DNA of 64,000 nucleotides from Alphaproteobacteria bacterium (GTDB lineage Bacteria; Pseudomonadota; Alphaproteobacteria; RF32; CAG-239): NCBI GenBank assembly GCA_017939155.1, contig JAGAZZ010000044.1, positions 92,344 to 156,343 of the forward strand, read 5' to 3'. Shown piece by piece: positions 58,331 to 64,000 of this stretch (position 1 is its first letter; each line of letters starts with the position of its first letter). The notes under the pieces were generated by a model. It saw only the letters and a program-made list of their open reading frames with translations, ran no database searches and was not told where the DNA came from. The position numbers and the translations under genes were made by a program.

Positions 58331-59860
58331 ATGGCACAAACAGCTCCTGAACAGAAAACAAATTTTGGCTCTTGGGTTGTTGGACTGTCTAAAATCTGCT
58401 TTCTTTTGCAGATAATTATCGGCGTATATTTGGCGTTTTGGGTTTTATTCAATCATCAGCCCAAAACCGGCGATGATGTGGAGCATATCCACTCTGCGTG
58501 GCTGGTCTTTCAAGGAAAAATTCCGTATGTAGACTTTTTTCAACATCATAACCCGCTATTATGGTATCTGTTCGCACCTTTGGTGGGCGGTATGGCTTAT
58601 GACTTAGCCGTATTTGATGTCGTCCGTATCATCTCAACCCTTGTGATGTTTTTAACTCTGTTTATGGCAGCCCTTATAATAAAACGTTTTGTTTCGGGCT
58701 CTTGGTATGCCGGTCTTTTAACTGTCGCTTCGGTTTTCCCTTCTTATGTTATTTTAAGCGGGCAGGACTTTCGTCCAGATAATTATATGGTCTGCTCGTT
58801 TATGTTCGGGCTCTACTGGTTTTTTGCCTATCTTGAAGATAAAAAAACAAAAAGGTTGGTTCTTTCTTTTTTAGCAATGTTCATTTCCTTTTTGTTTATG
58901 CAAAAAAGTATTTTCTTTTTAGCGGTCTTCGGTGCAACCGTCGTCTATCTTCTCTATACCAAAGAAATAGTATTACAAGATTTCTTAAAAGCATTAATTT
59001 TGCCCTTAATTGGTGCAGTGTTATTTGTTGCGTGGCTTGTCTATCACGATATGCTGTCGCATTACTGGCTCTCAAATTTTATTTTTAATCTTTATATTCC
59101 TGATGTCTACGGTAACCTTGTGGAAAAAACGAAACCCGAGTTTTATGTTTTAAGCGCTATTTCTTTTATCGGTTTTGTTTATTTGCTGTTGCGAGGCAAT
59201 ACAACCGCACGGATATTGTGTCTTTGGTGGTTGGCGGAAGCCCTGCAGCGTTTCTTTTATTTTTCGTTAGACCGGCATTATTACTATTTTCTTGGCGTCT
59301 TAAACGCGATGTTAGCCGGAGCTGGTGTATATGCCATTATTCGCCGCTATAACTGGAGTGCCTTAATATTTTTAGCTCTTGCGTTTGGGCAAATGTTTAT
59401 TTTCAAAAACTATTGCCAAAACAATAAACTTGACCCTAATTACCATCGCTATGTGACGCCGAAATATGTTTTGGAAAACACAAATCGCTGCGACGTGGTG
59501 ATAAACGGTTATGGCTTAACCTATGGAATGTTCACTAAAGACACCACCTATTATTGGAATTTATATGGTCAGTTGGATGTTATCGGTAATAAAATAGGTT
59601 TAGCACCATTACCAAATCTTGATAAAGTGATTGAAGAGGAGCTTCCGAAGATAATATACACCGGTCCCTATTGGAATGAAAAGCTCCGTAAGCGAAATTT
59701 TGACGTTCCCGTGCATTGGGTTAATCCGGCTATAAGAGATAAATATTATGAGCAATCGCTGTTTGTTAATATTTTTATCTTAAAACCGGAATATCAAAAT
59801 CTTCGCCGCTGTCGTTATGACATCAAAACAGATACCTGGAACTACTACTACAAGGAATAA
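58331..59860 (+). CDS. Polytopic membrane protein, putative GT-C fold glycosyltransferase (ArnT/PMT_2-like), tandem paralog 1
   Basis: ~10 TM helices plus C-terminal soluble domain. First-loop motif GDDVEH...GKIPYVDFFQHHNPLLWY resembles the DE..., ...PPL.YW loop of ArnT/PMT GT-C enzymes. Confidence 0.5.
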   Translation: MAQTAPEQKTNFGSWVVGLSKICFLLQIIIGVYLAFWVLFNHQPKTGDDVEHIHSAWLVFQGKIPYVDFFQHHNPLLWYLFAPLVGGMAYDLAVFDVVRIISTLVMFLTLFMAALIIKRFVSGSWYAGLLTVASVFPSYVILSGQDFRPDNYMVCSFMFGLYWFFAYLEDKKTKRLVLSFLAMFISFLFMQKSIFFLAVFGATVVYLLYTKEIVLQDFLKALILPLIGAVLFVAWLVYHDMLSHYWLSNFIFNLYIPDVYGNLVEKTKPEFYVLSAISFIGFVYLLLRGNTTARILCLWWLAEALQRFFYFSLDRHYYYFLGVLNAMLAGAGVYAIIRRYNWSALIFLALAFGQMFIFKNYCQNNKLDPNYHRYVTPKYVLENTNRCDVVINGYGLTYGMFTKDTTYYWNLYGQLDVIGNKIGLAPLPNLDKVIEEELPKIIYTGPYWNEKLRKRNFDVPVHWVNPAIRDKYYEQSLFVNIFILKPEYQNLRRCRYDIKTDTWNYYYKE

Positions 59861-59863
59861 TTA

Positions 59864-61363
59864 ATGCCATCACTGATAAAAAAAATCCCTTACGCCATAT
59901 TAGGATGTTATCTTGTTTTTTGCTCAGCTCTTTTGTATTGGGTGGTAATTTACAGCGGTTCAGGTGATGGCGATACGTTAGAGCACGTCCACTCCTCTTG
60001 GTTGATATATAACGGCAAAATTCCTTATAAAGATTTTTTTCAACACCATAATCCGCTCTTGTGGTATGTTGGTGCTCCCGTAGTCGGTTTGTTTGAATAC
60101 AGCTTGCGTGCCGTTGATGCCGCAAATATGTTAACCGTGACCATAACCATAATAACGCTTATTTACATCTATCGCTTAAATAAAGATTTTCTAAGCACTT
60201 CTTTAGGCGGTTTAATTGCCGCGTCTTTCTTTATGTTGCCGCAAGAAAGCCTTTATAATAAAGATTTCAAACCGGATAATTTTATGACCGCCAGCTTGAT
60301 AATCGGTCTTTATTATCTCTGTCGCTATGTAAAATCGCAAAGGCTGATAAATCTCGCTGTTTCCTTTTTAATGTTTTTTGCCGCATTTATGTTTACGCAA
60401 AAAGCATTGTTGGTGTTATTTGCTATCGGTTTGATTGTTTTGTATTTAATTTATCAAAAGAAAATATCTTTCTCAGATTGCCTTTTTTCCTCTCTTTTGC
60501 CGCTAACGCTCTATGCGGCGTTTTTAGCTTTTTTATATCAAGAGAACGTGTTAGAGATGTATTATAAGGCTAACTTTGAGCTTAATACCTACATTCCGGC
60601 AGTTTTCCACACCAGGCGTTTTATTCATCCGAGCCCGGAGATGTTTGTTCCAATCTTATTGTCGCTTTATGCCGTAGCGCGCGTTTTTTATAACGGCGAT
60701 ATTTATATCAAAATGATAGGTTTTGTCTTTATTGCCGAGCTTCTGATAAGAATTTATTATTTCACGCCGTTTGTGTACTATTTCGCCTTTCTTCACGCCA
60801 TCGCTTCGGTTTTTGCAGGTGTTGCCGCTGTGTCGCTGATAAGTCGTTATCGCTGGGCAGTGTGGCTGTTTTTGACGTATTTTATGGTATTAGGCGGCAT
60901 TTATGCCCATATATACAGTCGGCGCATAACGGTAGGCGATAGTTATAAATACGGTGCGGCCGGTCTTATTTTAGAAAATACCACTCCGTGCGATTATGTC
61001 TTAAATGGTTATCGTATCGGCTATAACCTGTTTAATAAAGATGTGGATTATATCTGGAATTTGTTAGGACAAATAGACGTCATCGCCGCGCAAATCGGCA
61101 TCCGCCCGACAGCGGATTTAGAAACGTTAATCAGAAAATACCGTCCGAAAATTATCTACGGCAAAAATTACTATGACACCTACCGCGAATATCGCGGCGA
61201 TATAGGCGTCTATCCGATACACTATATCAGCGCTCATCTTTTAGAAGAGATGTACACGCCGCTCAATCGGGATGATTTATATATCTTAAAACCCGAATAC
61301 CAAAAATATGATTGTCATTACAGCCCAAGAACAAAAACTTATGAATATAGAGATATGAATTAG
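59864..61363 (+). CDS. Polytopic membrane protein, putative GT-C fold glycosyltransferase, tandem paralog 2
   Basis: Paralog of the upstream gene (GDTLEHVHSSWLIYNGKIPYKDFFQHHNPLLWY; C-terminal YIWNLLGQIDVIAAQIGI vs YYWNLYGQLDVIGNKIGL). Confidence 0.5.
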   Translation: MPSLIKKIPYAILGCYLVFCSALLYWVVIYSGSGDGDTLEHVHSSWLIYNGKIPYKDFFQHHNPLLWYVGAPVVGLFEYSLRAVDAANMLTVTITIITLIYIYRLNKDFLSTSLGGLIAASFFMLPQESLYNKDFKPDNFMTASLIIGLYYLCRYVKSQRLINLAVSFLMFFAAFMFTQKALLVLFAIGLIVLYLIYQKKISFSDCLFSSLLPLTLYAAFLAFLYQENVLEMYYKANFELNTYIPAVFHTRRFIHPSPEMFVPILLSLYAVARVFYNGDIYIKMIGFVFIAELLIRIYYFTPFVYYFAFLHAIASVFAGVAAVSLISRYRWAVWLFLTYFMVLGGIYAHIYSRRITVGDSYKYGAAGLILENTTPCDYVLNGYRIGYNLFNKDVDYIWNLLGQIDVIAAQIGIRPTADLETLIRKYRPKIIYGKNYYDTYREYRGDIGVYPIHYISAHLLEEMYTPLNRDDLYILKPEYQKYDCHYSPRTKTYEYRDMN

Positions 61364-61425
61364 TAAAAATTTTACGATTGCTCACTATACTAAAAGCTAT
61401 AAAGAAATTAACCAAGGAGGCGGAT

Positions 61426-62217
61426 ATGCGGGTAATCATAAAAAAAGACTATGAAGATGTAACAGACTGGGCGGCAACGTATGTCGCCTACAAAATAAAT
61501 CGCGCCCGCCCGACAGCGGAAAAACCCTTTGTGTTGGGGCTCCCGATGGGTGATACGCCAAAAGGGATGTATAAAAAATTAGTTGAGCTCAACCATGCCG
61601 GCAAGCTCTCTTTTGCTAATGTGGTAATTTTTTGTATGAACGAGTTTATCGGACTTGATAAAAAAGCACCGCAGAGTTGCCATAGCTATATGAAAGAATA
61701 TCTCTTAAACCATGTCGACACAAAAGCCGCCAATATTTATATTTTAGACGGTAAAACCAAAAACTATGAAAAAGAATGTGCAAATTTTGAACTGGCGATT
61801 CGCCAAAAAGGCGGCATAGATTTGTTTGTCGGTGGTGTCGGTGCAGATGGACACATTGCGTTTAATGAGCCTTTTTCTTCCTTAAAATCACACACTAGGG
61901 TTAAAACTCTGACCACCGAAACAATGAAAATCAAAGCCAAGCTGTTTGATAATGACATCACCAAAGTCCCGCATACCGTTTTAACTGTCGGCACGGGAAC
62001 AATTATGGCGGCAAAAGAGGTTCTGTTGTTGGCAACGGGAGATGCTAAAGCTGAAGCCACCAAAGCGGCAATAGAAGGCAGTGTAAATCACCGTTGGGCG
62101 GTAAGCGCGTTGCAAATGCACGAACACGGTTTGTATGCTTGTGATGAAGCCGCCGCCTCCAAACTCGAACAGGAAACCATCGCCTATTTAAAAGATATTG
62201 AGCGCAATGCGTACTGA
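61426..62217 (+). CDS. nagB: Glucosamine-6-phosphate deaminase
   Basis: MRVIIKKDYEDV...FVLGLPMGDTP...GGVGADGHIAFNEP NagB signatures; ATG 61426 with AAGGAGG RBS. Confidence 0.85.
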   Translation: MRVIIKKDYEDVTDWAATYVAYKINRARPTAEKPFVLGLPMGDTPKGMYKKLVELNHAGKLSFANVVIFCMNEFIGLDKKAPQSCHSYMKEYLLNHVDTKAANIYILDGKTKNYEKECANFELAIRQKGGIDLFVGGVGADGHIAFNEPFSSLKSHTRVKTLTTETMKIKAKLFDNDITKVPHTVLTVGTGTIMAAKEVLLLATGDAKAEATKAAIEGSVNHRWAVSALQMHEHGLYACDEAAASKLEQETIAYLKDIERNAY

Positions 62218-62917
62218 GGTTTTAACATATCTTCAAAACAACGCGGATGAAAAATATCGGCAGTTTTCCTTAAAATTGCTCCCTAAAGATACCAAGTTGT
62301 TAGGGGTTAGGATTCCGCTCTTGCGGCAATATGCAAAAACTTTATTAAAAGAGGGCAGGGCGCAACTCTACTTAAATATCCCGCTTAAAAACCTGAAATA
62401 TCAAGAAGAGTTTATGCTCCACGCTCTAATCTTAGCCAATGCCAAAATGCTCTCTCAAGATAAAATTGCGCTGATAAAAAAGTTTATCCCGCATATAAAC
62501 ACTTGGGCAGTTTGTGATATTTTTTGTGCGGATTTAAAAGAGGTAAAACAAAACCGCGACTTGTTTTATGAAACCTTTAAACCATTGCTGACCTCACATC
62601 AAGAATATCAAATCCGCTTTTTTTATGTACTGGCTTTAAGTTATTTTATCACGCCTGAATATCTGGCAAAAATATTTCAGCACATTAAAACACAAACCTA
62701 CACCGGCTATTATGATAAAATGGCAGTAGCTTGGCTTATCTCAATCGCCTATATAAAATTCCTTAAAGAAACCGAAGCGTTTTTATTGAACACGCCGTTA
62801 GATGAGTTCATCTTTCGCAAATCAATCAGCAAAATCTGCGATTCTTTTCGCATCAAAAAAGAAACCAAAGTCCGTTTAAAAACTTTGGCTTCTGTCCGTA
62901 AAACTAACAAAGCTTAA
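62207..62917 (+). CDS. DNA alkylation repair enzyme family protein (AlkD-like HEAT-repeat glycosylase)
   Basis: N-terminal YLQNNADEKYRQFSLKLLP....LGVRIP.LR..AK pattern typical of the family; start overlaps nagB end. Confidence 0.6.
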   Translation: MRTEVLTYLQNNADEKYRQFSLKLLPKDTKLLGVRIPLLRQYAKTLLKEGRAQLYLNIPLKNLKYQEEFMLHALILANAKMLSQDKIALIKKFIPHINTWAVCDIFCADLKEVKQNRDLFYETFKPLLTSHQEYQIRFFYVLALSYFITPEYLAKIFQHIKTQTYTGYYDKMAVAWLISIAYIKFLKETEAFLLNTPLDEFIFRKSISKICDSFRIKKETKVRLKTLASVRKTNKA

Positions 62918-64000
62918 TTAATCCTGATAAATCGGAAAAGCCGAAGTCAAAGCCAAAATCTGTTTTTTTACTTTGGCTAAAACTTCTTTTTCATCAGGCT
63001 GTCCCAAAGCGTCAGCCACATCGGCAATAGCATTGCCGATAAGCTTAAATTCTTCTTCCTTAAAACCGCGCGTTGTACCGGCCGGTGTTCCCAGCCGAAT
63101 GCCGGATGTAATGGTTGGCGGTAGCGGGTCAAACGGAATAGCGTTTTTATTTGCCGTGATGTTAACGCTCTCAAGCGCGTCGGTCAGCTCTTTGCCGTTC
63201 AGCCCTTTGTTGCTCACATCAACCAAAAGCAAATGCGTATCAGTTCCTCCCGTCACCAGTTCAAACCCTCTTAAAGTCAGAGTCTCGCCCAAAACTTTGG
63301 CATTTTTAATCACCTGCGCCGAATAAACCTTAAACGCATCGCTTAAAGCTTCCTTAAAGCACACCGCCTTAGCCGCAATAACGTGCTCAAGCGGTCCGCC
63401 CTGCATACCGGGGAAAATCGCTGAATTAATCTTCTTGGCAATTTCGGCATTATTAGTCAAAATAGCCCCGCCGCGCGGTCCCCGCAGCGTCTTATGCGTG
63501 GTAGTGGTGACAACATCGGCGAATTTAAGCGGATTCGGATAAAGCCCGCTTGCCACCAGCCCCGCAAAATGCGCCATATCAACCATCAAAAGCGCGCCGC
63601 ACTCATTAGCAATCGCCCGAAATTTCACAAAATCAATTTGCCTCGGGTAGGCTGAACAACCGGCAATAATCAATTTCGGTTTATGATGAATTGCTAAACT
63701 TTTCACTTGCTCATAATCAATCAAACCCGATTCTTTTTTAACCCCGTATTGAATGGCGTTAAACCACTTTCCTGAAACCGAAACTTTAGCCCCATGTGTC
63801 AAATGCCCGCCGGCATCTAAACTCATCCCTAAAACCGTATCCCCCGGTTTAAGCAGCGCGCCGAAAACCGCCATATTAGCCTGCGAGCCGGAGTGAGGTT
63901 GCACATTAGCAAATTGAGCGTCAAAAAGCTTTTTCAAACGTTCAATCGCCAGTCTTTCCACCTCATCAACAAACATACAGCCGCAATAATAGCGCTTCCC
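62918..64000 (-). CDS. glyA: Serine hydroxymethyltransferase, N-terminus beyond the window end
   Basis: [16 protein letters not shown] and PLP-lysine motif [15 protein letters not shown]; ORF runs off the 3' end of the window. Confidence 0.9.
   Translation of the reverse strand, partial: GKRYYCGCMFVDEVERLAIERLKKLFDAQFANVQPHSGSQANMAVFGALLKPGDTVLGMSLDAGGHLTHGAKVSVSGKWFNAIQYGVKKESGLIDYEQVKSLAIHHKPKLIIAGCSAYPRQIDFVKFRAIANECGALLMVDMAHFAGLVASGLYPNPLKFADVVTTTTHKTLRGPRGGAILTNNAEIAKKINSAIFPGMQGGPLEHVIAAKAVCFKEALSDAFKVYSAQVIKNAKVLGETLTLRGFELVTGGTDTHLLLVDVSNKGLNGKELTDALESVNITANKNAIPFDPLPPTITSGIRLGTPAGTTRGFKEEEFKLIGNAIADVADALGQPDEKEVLAKVKKQILALTSAFPIYQD

Noticed and set aside
1-64000. Mobile elements (IS, integrase, phage genes) and toxin-antitoxin or restriction-modification defence loci
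   Set aside because: No transposase, integrase, recombinase, nuclease/helicase or methyltransferase-REase pair could be recognised in any frame. The only MTase (50922..52064) is an rRNA uracil methyltransferase.

Overview
This 64-kb window is low-GC bacterial chromosome, most likely from a host-associated Gram-negative proteobacterium. Coding density is high, genes are overlapping or translationally coupled, and RBS-like AAGGAG motifs are frequent.

The housekeeping backbone is clear:
- ileS; the rimP-nusA-(ylxR/L7Ae fusion)-infB-rbfA operon; mscL; uup (ABC-F); pgpA.
- A translationally coupled MtaB-like radical-SAM gene, ftsY and xseA; uppP; mutY; an L,D-transpeptidase; a cold-shock protein; an MsbA-like ABC exporter.
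- der, thyX, bamB and a yfgM-like gene in the gamma-proteobacterial order yfgM-bamB-der, with thyX inserted.
- An RlmD/TrmA-like methyltransferase, tkt, rplM-rpsI, nagB, an AlkD-like gene, and glyA running off the window end.
- Two tRNAs: Leu(CAG) on + and Gln(CTG) on -.

Between these lies a striking accessory, host-interaction-like gene set:
- Two giant type Va autotransporters of 1875 and 1928 aa. The first carries an ankyrin repeat, Cys-rich tandem modules and EGF-like modules. The second has a 14-C homopolymeric tract in its promoter region, a cluster of ~75-bp repeats upstream, and near-identical 180-bp in-frame tandem repeats.
- A Sel1-repeat secreted protein and a TPR protein.
- Tandem membrane-anchored GT8 glycosyltransferases and tandem GT-C (ArnT/PMT-like) polytopic paralogs.
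- A bacterial MIF/tautomerase homologue and a secreted transglutaminase-like cysteine protease.
- A small family of proteins with a type-IV-pilin-like N-terminus and a shared Cys-rich C-terminal motif. One copy sits at the window start and one at 33.3 kb.
- A tRNA-Gln-flanked, low-coding-density islet holding a disrupted secreted-protein gene with A8/C8 tracts and a 467-aa orphan protein.

No transposase, integrase or CRISPR array is visible. All calls rest on motif-level recognition by eye, and no database search was run.
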